A DNA stretch of 12,040 nucleotides from an uncultured archaeon (GTDB lineage: Archaea; Iainarchaeota; Iainarchaeia; Iainarchaeales; CSSED10-239). Under the pieces are notes generated by a model. It did no database searches, was not told the DNA's origin, and was given only the letters and a program-made list of their open reading frames with translations. This document shows positions 1 through 6,878 of the stretch, piece after piece; the stretch's first letter is position 1; the number at the start of each line of letters is the position of its first letter. The position numbers were made by a program, and so were the translations under genes. The stretch covers positions 1 through 12,040 of the forward strand of contig CAZPGO010000052.1 of NCBI GenBank assembly GCA_964586355.1, written 5' to 3'.

Positions 1-81
1 TTTAAAAACATTTTGGAAACTAACATATTTACAATAATCTACAAAATCTTTCAAATATAAAATAAGGGGGCTTGACAAACT

Positions 82-360
82 ATGAACGAAGTTGAAGCAA
101 ACACAATATATATAGGAAAAAAAGGAACAATGGCTTATGTTCTAGCAGTAATAACACAATTTAACCAAGGTGCAGATCATGTAGTTATTAAGGCAAGAGG
201 AAAAACCATATCTAAAGCCGTTGATGTTGCAGAGATTGTAAAAAATAAATTTGTAAATACTTTAAAGGTCGAAGATATTTTAATCTCTACAGAGGAGATT
301 ATTACAGAAAATAATACCCCGATGAAAGTTTCTGCTATTGAAATTAAATTAGTAAAGTAA
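82..360 (+). CDS. albA: Alba (Sac10b) family DNA/RNA-binding chromatin protein
   Basis: 92-aa ORF. '[46 protein letters not shown]' and the C-terminal 'VSAIEIKL' match the conserved Alba core (cf. '[22 protein letters not shown]'). A G-rich AAGGGGG lies 11-16 nt upstream of the ATG. Confidence 0.9.
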   Translation: [92 protein letters not shown]

Positions 361-362
361 AT

Positions 363-396
363 AAACAACTTTTTTTAAAGTTGTTTCTTTTTTTTT
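363..396. terminator. Perfect 10-bp hairpin (AAACAACTTT-TTTT-AAAGTTGTTT) followed by a T9 run, between convergent genes
   Basis: Inverted repeat 363-372 / 377-386 read directly. The T-run 388-396 touches the stop codon of the minus-strand ORF. Archaeal termination uses oligo-T tracts. The element is usable from both directions (A/T runs on both sides). Confidence 0.5.
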
Positions 397-2005
397 AGCA
401 GATCAGTTTAGGTATAGGTAAATTTAGTTTAGGAAAATAATCATTTATTTTTGCTAAAAAACTCTTATTATAAGAGATTATTTTTTCATTTACCATAAAA
501 AGATCTCTATTATTATTAGAATCATTTAGATCTGTTATTGTTTTATGTTTTATAGACTCAATAGCACCCTCAATTTTTGGATCATAAAACTTTGTATTGC
601 TGTTTTGTAAAAATAAAGGGATCTCTTCTAAAAGATTGTTTATTAAAGAATATTCAGTAAGGTACTCTAAAAAATTAGGGTTTCTCTCCAAAAGACCAGA
701 TTGAGAAAAATCGGAGGAATAATTAAAAGTTGTAGTGATGTTTATAGATTCTTCTAGTCTTTTTAGTTTTTGTAAAAGATCTTTTATTATTATAGAGATA
801 AAAGACTCTTGCTTTTTACAATACCAATTAAGTTCATGATCCTCTAATATTTTGATGTCATTATCATTTACTAGATTTACAGCATCAGATAATAAGATCT
901 TGATTTTTTCTCTTTTGTTAAAAGGACCAACAGGAAAATCTTTTAATTTATTTTGATATTTAAAATTTAATCTATTCTCTTTTTTTTCATGATCTTTATG
1001 AAAAGAATATGCAAATTTGGAAGAGCTACTTATAAAATAATACCCAGATCTTAAAAATTCTACCTCTACTAAAGAATTAGACAAAATGTTTGTGCTGTTT
1101 AGATCTTTTGGTTTACAACAGTTGCAGTTTGTACTCTCATAACCTATGTTGTAAAATTTGTTAGTTAATAAATGAGGCCAAACTGCAGTAAAGTCTAAGG
1201 AAAGAGATCCCGGGAAAAAAAATTCTTTTTTATTATAGTTTATTTTTGATTTTTTAGATAAAGTAATATTTTTTAAGAAAAAATAATTTTCAAACAAGGT
1301 GTTTAGAATCTGATTTGAAGTAATATTTTTTTCAGGTTTTGTTTTTAAAAAATTAGATAACACTAATTTTTTTGTTAAAGGTTCTATTGATTCAATTTTT
1401 TTAGAGTCATCAATATTTTTAACAAATTTTTTTATAGCAAAATGTATCTGATCTTCATTATTTATTCTCTTTATTTTGTTTTTATGTAAAATAACAAAAG
1501 AATCATAATAGCTCCAATTGTTATTTATTAAAAATTGCCTTTCTGGTTCAATAAGTAATAGATTGTGGTTTGTAGATTGTTGAATGATTTTTGCACATAG
1601 CTTTAACACATCATAATTTTTTGCAATTATCTTTGTTTTATTTTGTGCAAGTTCTCTAATGGCAATCTCCTTCTTAAATTCAAACAAAAGAGTTTTTAAG
1701 AAACTTTGGGGAAGATCTATTAAAACAGAGGGGTGAAACACCTCTTTATATATAAAATCATTTGTTTTGGATAAAGGATCTTTTGAAAAATAAAGAATCA
1801 TTCTTTCTTTATATGAGTCATACTCACTTGATACTAAACACAATCTATCCATAATATTCCACAAATTTATTACTGTTTTTCTTGGTAAACTAAAAGGCAA
1901 TATATTTAAGTGTGTGAATAGAGGGGGTGTTTTTGGAGGGGGGGTCTTGTCCAGTGGCATTGGCAAAACCTCTATTTTAAAACAAGTAATACAATTTAAA
2001 AACAT
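395..2005 (-). CDS. Highly reduced family-B DNA polymerase-like protein (exonuclease motifs and thumb not detectable, polymerase motifs degenerate)
   Basis: 536-codon ORF from ATG 2005. Alternative ATGs are at 1960 (GAGGT 8 nt upstream) and 1852 (start of the PolB-like N-terminus). By-eye colinear matches to archaeal PolB: 'SSEYDSYKERMILYFSKD' (cf. DVDYITEEGKPVIRLFKKE), 'PERQFLIN' (cf. AKRYLID), 'NEDQIHFAIKKFVKNIDD' (cf. SEREMIKRFLRIIREKDPD), motif A 'SLDFTAVWPHLLTNKFYNIGYES' (cf. [21 protein letters not shown]), 'WYCKK' (cf. WYCKE), and 'YSSD' at the same spacing where PolB has 'YIDTD'. Confidence 0.5.
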   Translation of the reverse strand: MFLNCITCFKIEVLPMPLDKTPPPKTPPLFTHLNILPFSLPRKTVINLWNIMDRLCLVSSEYDSYKERMILYFSKDPLSKTNDFIYKEVFHPSVLIDLPQSFLKTLLFEFKKEIAIRELAQNKTKIIAKNYDVLKLCAKIIQQSTNHNLLLIEPERQFLINNNWSYYDSFVILHKNKIKRINNEDQIHFAIKKFVKNIDDSKKIESIEPLTKKLVLSNFLKTKPEKNITSNQILNTLFENYFFLKNITLSKKSKINYNKKEFFFPGSLSLDFTAVWPHLLTNKFYNIGYESTNCNCCKPKDLNSTNILSNSLVEVEFLRSGYYFISSSSKFAYSFHKDHEKKENRLNFKYQNKLKDFPVGPFNKREKIKILLSDAVNLVNDNDIKILEDHELNWYCKKQESFISIIIKDLLQKLKRLEESINITTTFNYSSDFSQSGLLERNPNFLEYLTEYSLINNLLEEIPLFLQNSNTKFYDPKIEGAIESIKHKTITDLNDSNNNRDLFMVNEKIISYNKSFLAKINDYFPKLNLPIPKLIC

Positions 2006-2027
2006 AAACCTTCTATAATTTATTAAA

Positions 2028-2034
2028 GGTGATC
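2028..2034 (+). promoter_or_regulatory. Strong Shine-Dalgarno-like GGTGATC
   Basis: GGTGATC is complementary to the conserved 3' end of 16S rRNA (..GAUCACCUCC..). It ends 4 nt before the first sense codon (ATA 2039) of the GT2 reading frame. Confidence 0.5.
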
Positions 2035-2038
2035 TTAG

Positions 2039-2737
2039 ATAGAAAAAGTCTTAATAACCATTCCTGTTTATAATGAAGAAAATATCTTAGCTAAAAATAT
2101 TTTAAGGTTAAAAAAGTTTTTAGATCTTAATTTTAATTATTCTTATACTATTGAAATTGTGGATAATGCTTCCACAGATAAAACACAAACCATTTCTAAA
2201 AAACTATCTAAATTAAAAAACATAAACTACCTAAGACTTTCACAAAAAGGAAAAGGTTTAGCAATAAAGCAATCCTGGAATAAAGCAAAAGAATATTCTG
2301 TACTTTCATTTATGGATTGTGATCTTGCAACAGATCTTAAACAGTTTCCTGAATTAATTGATTCTATCTTAGTAAACGATTATGATCTGTCTATTGGCTC
2401 TAGATATGAAAAAAACAGCAAAACAAAAAGAACGATTAAAAGATGGATTATTTCTAGATGCTATAATCTTTTATTAAGAGTTTTTTTAAAAATAAAAGTT
2501 AAAGACACACAATGTGGTTTTAAAGCTATTAAAAAAACAAAATATGATCTAATTAAAAACAAAATAGAAGATAATAAGTTTTTTATTGATACTGAGATAA
2601 TTTACTATGCCTCTAAAAAAAAATACAAAATAAAATCTGTTCCAGTAAAATGGAGAGAGAGTAAAACAACAACAGTTAATATTTTTGGATCTTCAATAAA
2701 CTTTATAAAAAATATCTTTAAACTATATTTTAAATAG
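2039..2737 (+). CDS. Family 2 glycosyltransferase, polyprenyl/dolichyl-phosphate sugar synthase type (GtrB/ArnC/Dpm1-like); start codon non-canonical or frameshifted
   Basis: The frame is open from the in-frame stop TAG 2036-2038. Codons 2039-2158 translate to IEKVLITIPVYNEENILAKNILRLKKFLDLNFNYSYTIEIVDNASTDKT, the canonical GT2 N-terminus (IPxYNEE ... EIIVVDDGSTD). 'FMDCDLATD' supplies the DxD motif. The ORF-track start (GTG 2159) lies inside the conserved EIVDNAS motif, so it is too short. Confidence 0.8.
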   Translation: MEKVLITIPVYNEENILAKNILRLKKFLDLNFNYSYTIEIVDNASTDKTQTISKKLSKLKNINYLRLSQKGKGLAIKQSWNKAKEYSVLSFMDCDLATDLKQFPELIDSILVNDYDLSIGSRYEKNSKTKRTIKRWIISRCYNLLLRVFLKIKVKDTQCGFKAIKKTKYDLIKNKIEDNKFFIDTEIIYYASKKKYKIKSVPVKWRESKTTTVNIFGSSINFIKNIFKLYFK

Positions 2738-2738
2738 T

Positions 2739-4298
2739 GTGAAAAAAATGTTAGATAAAATAAAAAAATGGATTTTAAAAAATAAAATTATAATTATTAT
2801 ATTTTTATTAACAGTGATCTTTTTTATAGCCCATAGACTAATAGTTTATTCTTGGGATTACACTGTATATCTATTAAATGCAAAACATCTTTTTAATAAT
2901 GGTTTTTATTTTGAGATATTAAGACCTCCATTAGTTCCTTTTATTTTAGGGGTTTTTGGAAATATTTTTGGATATAGTTTGTTTTTAGATATTTTCTATG
3001 TAGTTTTAGTTTCGTTACTTTTTTTAGTTGGTGTTTATCTGCTTACAAAAGAATTGAAGATCAACACAACTATAGTATATGCAATGATATTTACTCCTTT
3101 TGTTTTGTCTTATGCTTTATTTACTGGAACAGAGTTGTTGTTTTTAGCCTTTGTTTTAATCGCCATTTACTTTTTGGTAAAAAACAGTTTTTGGGCAGGT
3201 TTGTTTTTAGGTCTCTCAGCTCTAACTAGATATACAGGAATAGTTTTTGTGGCATTAATTTTTTTTATAAAGGGGTGGAAAAACAAATTTTTTGCTTTTT
3301 GTTTATATCTGTTATCTTTTATACCCTGGTTTATTTTTAATAAAATAAGATATGGTAATTTTTTTACTAGTGTTGCTGATCAATACTATCAAAATATTAT
3401 TTATAGGTTAGAGATTATACAACCAGCAAATGTTGTTCACTTTTTGGTTCAGTTTTCTACAGTTTTATCTGTTTTGTTTTGTATAGTTGTTATTTATTTA
3501 CTATTTAACATACTTAGAAAAAAAACAAATTTTAGATTTTTAAAGCAAATAACAAAACCTCAAAAAAAAGTTTTATTAATAATTTTTATTATTGGGCTTT
3601 ATACTGTCTATAGTTATCTTACAACCCCCTTAAAAGATCCTAGATACTTGTTTTTATTGGTTTTACCTATTGTTTCTTTGTATTATTTATTTTTTTCCTA
3701 TTTTCATTCTTCTTTAAAATTAAAGTATAGAAATATTTTAAGAAAAACAATTGTTTTTATATTTTTAATAATTTTTTTAATTAATCTATATTTACCGTAC
3801 ACACAATTAGTGAGAAGTAGATATGCAACTAAAGAGTTTTATAATGAGACAAAAGAGCTTCTAGAATCCTATGGTTTGTCAGAGTGTTTGGTTGTTTCAA
3901 ATTATTGGGTTTTTTTAAATGGTGTTGGTCTAAAGTCAATTCCTTTAGAATCAAATGGATCTAATTATTTTTGGATTGATGAGTCTGTAATAGTAATATA
4001 TAAATTTGATTATGATGAAAATGTGTTAAATAATACCTTTGGTCAAACAGATATATTATATGAAGACGACTCTTTGATAATAATAGGAGAAAATTGCAAA
4101 AAAGATTTTTCATTAAATCTCGGACACAGATCCTTTTTAGAACAAATAGACGAATTAGCTCAAAGAAACTATGGCTATAGTGTAAACACAAATGCATGTA
4201 TGGTTATCTTTAATAATCATCCAATTTTTGAAAAGTTTTGTAATTTTATAAATTTTAATGGTTTTGGGCTAGATGATAATAGGGATTATAGGATCTGA
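2739..4298 (+). CDS. Polytopic GT-C fold glycosyltransferase, ArnT/PMT_2-like (GT39/GT83 type), with C-terminal soluble domain
   Basis: 519-aa ORF (GTG 2739; ATG 2748 also possible). About 10 or more hydrophobic helices lie in the first ~360 aa, followed by a ~155-aa hydrophilic domain. The first loop 'SWDYTVYLLNAKHLFNNGFYFEILRPPLVPFILG' resembles the D(E)xxY..A..L..G....(R/H)PPL signature of ArnT/PMT-family enzymes. There is a 1-nt gap to the upstream GT2. Confidence 0.6.
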   Translation: MKKMLDKIKKWILKNKIIIIIFLLTVIFFIAHRLIVYSWDYTVYLLNAKHLFNNGFYFEILRPPLVPFILGVFGNIFGYSLFLDIFYVVLVSLLFLVGVYLLTKELKINTTIVYAMIFTPFVLSYALFTGTELLFLAFVLIAIYFLVKNSFWAGLFLGLSALTRYTGIVFVALIFFIKGWKNKFFAFCLYLLSFIPWFIFNKIRYGNFFTSVADQYYQNIIYRLEIIQPANVVHFLVQFSTVLSVLFCIVVIYLLFNILRKKTNFRFLKQITKPQKKVLLIIFIIGLYTVYSYLTTPLKDPRYLFLLVLPIVSLYYLFFSYFHSSLKLKYRNILRKTIVFIFLIIFLINLYLPYTQLVRSRYATKEFYNETKELLESYGLSECLVVSNYWVFLNGVGLKSIPLESNGSNYFWIDESVIVIYKFDYDENVLNNTFGQTDILYEDDSLIIIGENCKKDFSLNLGHRSFLEQIDELAQRNYGYSVNTNACMVIFNNHPIFEKFCNFINFNGFGLDDNRDYRI

Positions 4299-4361
4299 GT
4301 TTTTTTTAGTATTTTTTATTTTATATAAGTTATATAAATATATTTCTTTATATTATATATA

Positions 4362-4397
4362 TTCAATTAATAAATTTTATTCAATTAACAAATTTAA
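4362..4397 (+). repeat. 18-nt tandem direct repeat (TTCAATTAATAAATTTTA / TTCAATTAACAAATTTAA) in an AT-rich spacer just upstream of ATG 4405
   Basis: Read directly; 16/18 identical. It is preceded by TATA-rich sequence (4322-4360), so this is a likely internal promoter or operator region for the synthase sub-operon. Confidence 0.5.
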
Positions 4398-4404
4398 GTT
4401 ATTT

Positions 4405-5730
4405 ATGATTCTAATAAACAAACTAAAATTATTTTTTAAAAAAAAGCTGTTTTATATATTTATAGTATTAGCAATGGTTTTGTTTACTTTTTATGTAAAA
4501 TCTTTTAATTTTTATTTACAATTAATACTAATCTTTATTTTTTTGTATTTTGTAGTATTATCAATATTAATCTCTAAGAGATACTCAGAAGTTTCAAAAT
4601 CAGAACCCTTTCCAAAAACAGCTCCAAAGGTTGCGGTTGTCACTTATGCCTATAATAATCGGAAGTCTGTTAAATATACTCTAGAACAGTTAAAAAAATT
4701 AGAATATCCTATTCCTTACAACACATATGTTATTACTGATGGTTCTTGTGATTTTTTAAAAAATGATAAATCAGTAACACAAATTATTATTGATAAAAAG
4801 TATTTTTCAGTAAGTGGAAATAGAAAATCTATAATAATGAATCAAGGATTAAAAAAAATAAAAGAACAATTAATCTTTGGTGTTGATGGAGATACAATAC
4901 CAGAGAAAGATGCATTGCTAAAAATGGTTCCCTCTCTAAAAGATGATGTTGGTATGGTTGTTGGAGTAATGGGTGTTACTAATAAAAAAAAATTTATAGA
5001 AAAAATTCAAACCATAGAGTACACCTTTAGTTTTGGTCTTCCAAGAATGGTTCTTACTGCTATGGGCTCTTTAGATATTGGGACAGGTGCTATGTGTCTT
5101 TTAAATAAAAGAATCTTTGATTCTGTTGGTGGTTATGATGAGGAAAATATAACTGAGGACAAAGAGATTGCTTACAAGTTTATAAAAAAAGGATATAAGA
5201 TTCATTTTGTGGTAGATGCCAAAGCAAAAACAGAAGTGCCAAGTACCTGGAAGTCCTATTTTATTCAAAGATTAAGATGGGCTAGAGGGGGTTTTGATAC
5301 TAACAATAAATATCTCAATTTTTTATTTAATAAAAATCTAGGGATTTTTGGTTTTTTTTTACCATATAATTTAGGGGTTATGATTTTAAGTATGATGCTT
5401 GTTTTTAGAACAGTATATTATTTACTTTATGATTTGTTTTTTACAATCTATTATCATTTATCTAATATTATTCTTTATGGAGTAAATTTATCTGATTTTT
5501 CTTTTAATTTTAGTTTTTTTAATATAAGTTCTTTAATTATAATCTTATTAGTCTCTTTATCTATATCAGTTTATTTCATGTCCTTGTCTTTTGGATATAC
5601 TGATTTTAAATTAGAGATTAGTTATTTTTTACCAATGCTTTTTTTCTTAAGTGTATATGGTTTTATAATTATTTTTATGTACATTATTGGTGTAGTATAT
5701 GAACTTATTGGAGTGAAACAGAAATGGTAA
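4405..5730 (+). CDS. Membrane-embedded processive family 2 glycosyltransferase (beta-glycan synthase; PgaC/IcaA/NodC/chitin-cellulose-hyaluronan synthase class)
   Basis: Complete D,D,D,QxxRW set: 'VAVVTYAYNN', 'YVITDGS', 'FGVDGDT', 'ITEDKEIAY' (TED), 'QRLRWARGG'. There are two N-terminal and about 4-5 C-terminal hydrophobic helices. The ORF track starts at ATG 4273, which overlaps the upstream gene by 26 nt and reads through the tandem repeat. I prefer ATG 4405 ('MILINKLKLFFKKK..'). Confidence 0.8.
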   Translation: MILINKLKLFFKKKLFYIFIVLAMVLFTFYVKSFNFYLQLILIFIFLYFVVLSILISKRYSEVSKSEPFPKTAPKVAVVTYAYNNRKSVKYTLEQLKKLEYPIPYNTYVITDGSCDFLKNDKSVTQIIIDKKYFSVSGNRKSIIMNQGLKKIKEQLIFGVDGDTIPEKDALLKMVPSLKDDVGMVVGVMGVTNKKKFIEKIQTIEYTFSFGLPRMVLTAMGSLDIGTGAMCLLNKRIFDSVGGYDEENITEDKEIAYKFIKKGYKIHFVVDAKAKTEVPSTWKSYFIQRLRWARGGFDTNNKYLNFLFNKNLGIFGFFLPYNLGVMILSMMLVFRTVYYLLYDLFFTIYYHLSNIILYGVNLSDFSFNFSFFNISSLIIILLVSLSISVYFMSLSFGYTDFKLEISYFLPMLFFLSVYGFIIIFMYIIGVVYELIGVKQKW

Positions 5731-6401
5731 AATACAAACCAACACAAAATATTTTTTTAACAGCATTATTAATTGTATTAATTATTGTTATAATTCTTTT
5801 TTTTGGAGTTATTTCCTATGATGATTACAAAAGAACAAATTTAGAAGAAGATATTAAAATTTTAAACCAACAGTTAATATTAGATGAACTTTATGAAAAC
5901 TATTTAGAGCATTCAGAAAATGATGATCTTTCTAAAAAATGTGAGATATTAGCAAAGCAATTAAATTCTCAATATAAGATAAATAGAACAATATTGGATA
6001 GGTTAAGAAATATAAATAAAGATGCAATTGTTTCAACAGATAATTACATTAAATTTATGTATGTTGTTACAAACATTAAACTTTGGATGCATTATACTAA
6101 TTTTAATGATGAGTGTAATAACGACACCAAGATATTATTATATTTTTATACAGAAGAAAAACAATCAGGATCTGAACAAATAAAAGCTGATACTGCAAAT
6201 AATCTTTTTGAGAAGAGGCTAGACAATTTCAACAAATCTTGTAAGAATTCTGTGATTTTTGCTCTTCCTTTTCTCCCTGAAATAATTGTTTTAGATCAAT
6301 TGATAACAGATTATAATATTACAAGAGCTCCAGCAATTGTTTATGAAGATGATGTTATATATAATAGTAATGATCTTGATAACATAGTTTGTGAAGAATA
6401 A
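5724..6401 (+). CDS. Single-pass membrane protein with extracytoplasmic Cys-containing domain, function unknown; translationally coupled to the synthase
   Basis: 225-aa ORF. Its ATG overlaps the synthase stop in ATGGTAA (5724-5730). An N-terminal helix 'IFLTALLIVLIIVIILFFGVI' is followed by a hydrophilic domain with 4 Cys. No family recognised. Confidence 0.6.
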   Translation: MVKYKPTQNIFLTALLIVLIIVIILFFGVISYDDYKRTNLEEDIKILNQQLILDELYENYLEHSENDDLSKKCEILAKQLNSQYKINRTILDRLRNINKDAIVSTDNYIKFMYVVTNIKLWMHYTNFNDECNNDTKILLYFYTEEKQSGSEQIKADTANNLFEKRLDNFNKSCKNSVIFALPFLPEIIVLDQLITDYNITRAPAIVYEDDVIYNSNDLDNIVCEE

Positions 6402-6416
6402 TAAAGGTAAATAAAT

Positions 6417-6878
6417 ATGAAAAAAAGGATTTTTATTTTATTTATTGTTTTGATAAGTTTAGGAAATGTTTTTGCATATTCTGATGAAAATTATTCCTTG
6501 GATTTTATCTTAAATAATAAAGAGGATGCTGTAGATATTTATAATAGAAATTTGGATAGAGTTCCAGAAATTATAAAAGATCAATTTAGTAATGAGGTTA
6601 TTTCTTTAGAGGTCATAAGAGACGACAACTCTACAGAAGTTCTTTATCTGATCTTAAAAGACTCCAAATTAGAGGAGATATCTACAGAGTCTAGAGATGA
6701 TATTTCTTTAGAGCTTTATATGTCTGAAAGTAGTATTGATTCTATTATTCAATCAGAAGATAAGGTTGCAGAACTAAAATCTGCAATGAAGTCAAAAGAT
6801 ATAGTACTAAAACCAAAAGATTTTTTTAATTCTATAAAGATTGGTATAATGAAAGTTATTCTGTTTTTTATAGGTTAA
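6417..6878 (+). CDS. Secreted/anchored acidic protein, function unknown (signal peptide plus C-terminal hydrophobic tail)
   Basis: 153-aa ORF with AAGGT 9 nt upstream. The N-terminal 'MKKRIFILFIVLISLGNVFA' looks like a signal peptide. The C-terminal 'IKIGIMKVILFFIG' looks like an anchor. Confidence 0.6.
   Translation: MKKRIFILFIVLISLGNVFAYSDENYSLDFILNNKEDAVDIYNRNLDRVPEIIKDQFSNEVISLEVIRDDNSTEVLYLILKDSKLEEISTESRDDISLELYMSESSIDSIIQSEDKVAELKSAMKSKDIVLKPKDFFNSIKIGIMKVILFFIG

Noticed and set aside
52-81. TTGACA and TATA-like AAATATAAAA upstream of albA as a defined promoter
   Set aside because: This is plausible, but the window starts only 81 nt upstream. AT-rich DNA yields TATA-like strings everywhere, so it cannot be supported beyond chance.
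177-368. 63-aa antisense ORF inside albA
   Set aside because: It lies entirely within the well-supported Alba frame. It has a low-complexity hydrophobic translation typical of a shadow ORF in AT-rich DNA, and no start context.
1919-1960. G-rich island GAGGGGGTGTTTTTGGAGGGGGGG (G5 and G7 runs) in very AT-rich DNA; possible G-quadruplex or regulatory element in the divergent polB-like/GT2 region
   Set aside because: There are only two long G-runs, so a canonical four-tract G4 is doubtful. On the minus strand it simply encodes 'TPPPKTPP' if the polB-like ORF starts at 2005 or 1960. It is kept only as a note bearing on start-codon choice (2005 / 1960 / 1852).
2159-2161. GTG 2159 as start of the GT2 gene (ORF-track model)
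   Set aside because: It falls inside the conserved EIVDNASTD motif. It would also delete the IPVYNEE nucleotide-sugar-binding N-terminus, which is intact in the same frame upstream.
3961-4197. 78-aa antisense ORF inside the GT-C gene
   Set aside because: This is a shadow ORF opposite a strongly supported membrane-protein frame. The translation has no recognisable features.
4273-4404. ATG 4273 as start of the synthase (ORF-track model)
   Set aside because: It overlaps the upstream gene by 26 nt. It translates a TATA-rich spacer and an 18-nt tandem repeat into an implausible N-terminus. ATG 4405 gives a typical Lys-rich/TM start. It is not excluded without orthologue or TSS data.
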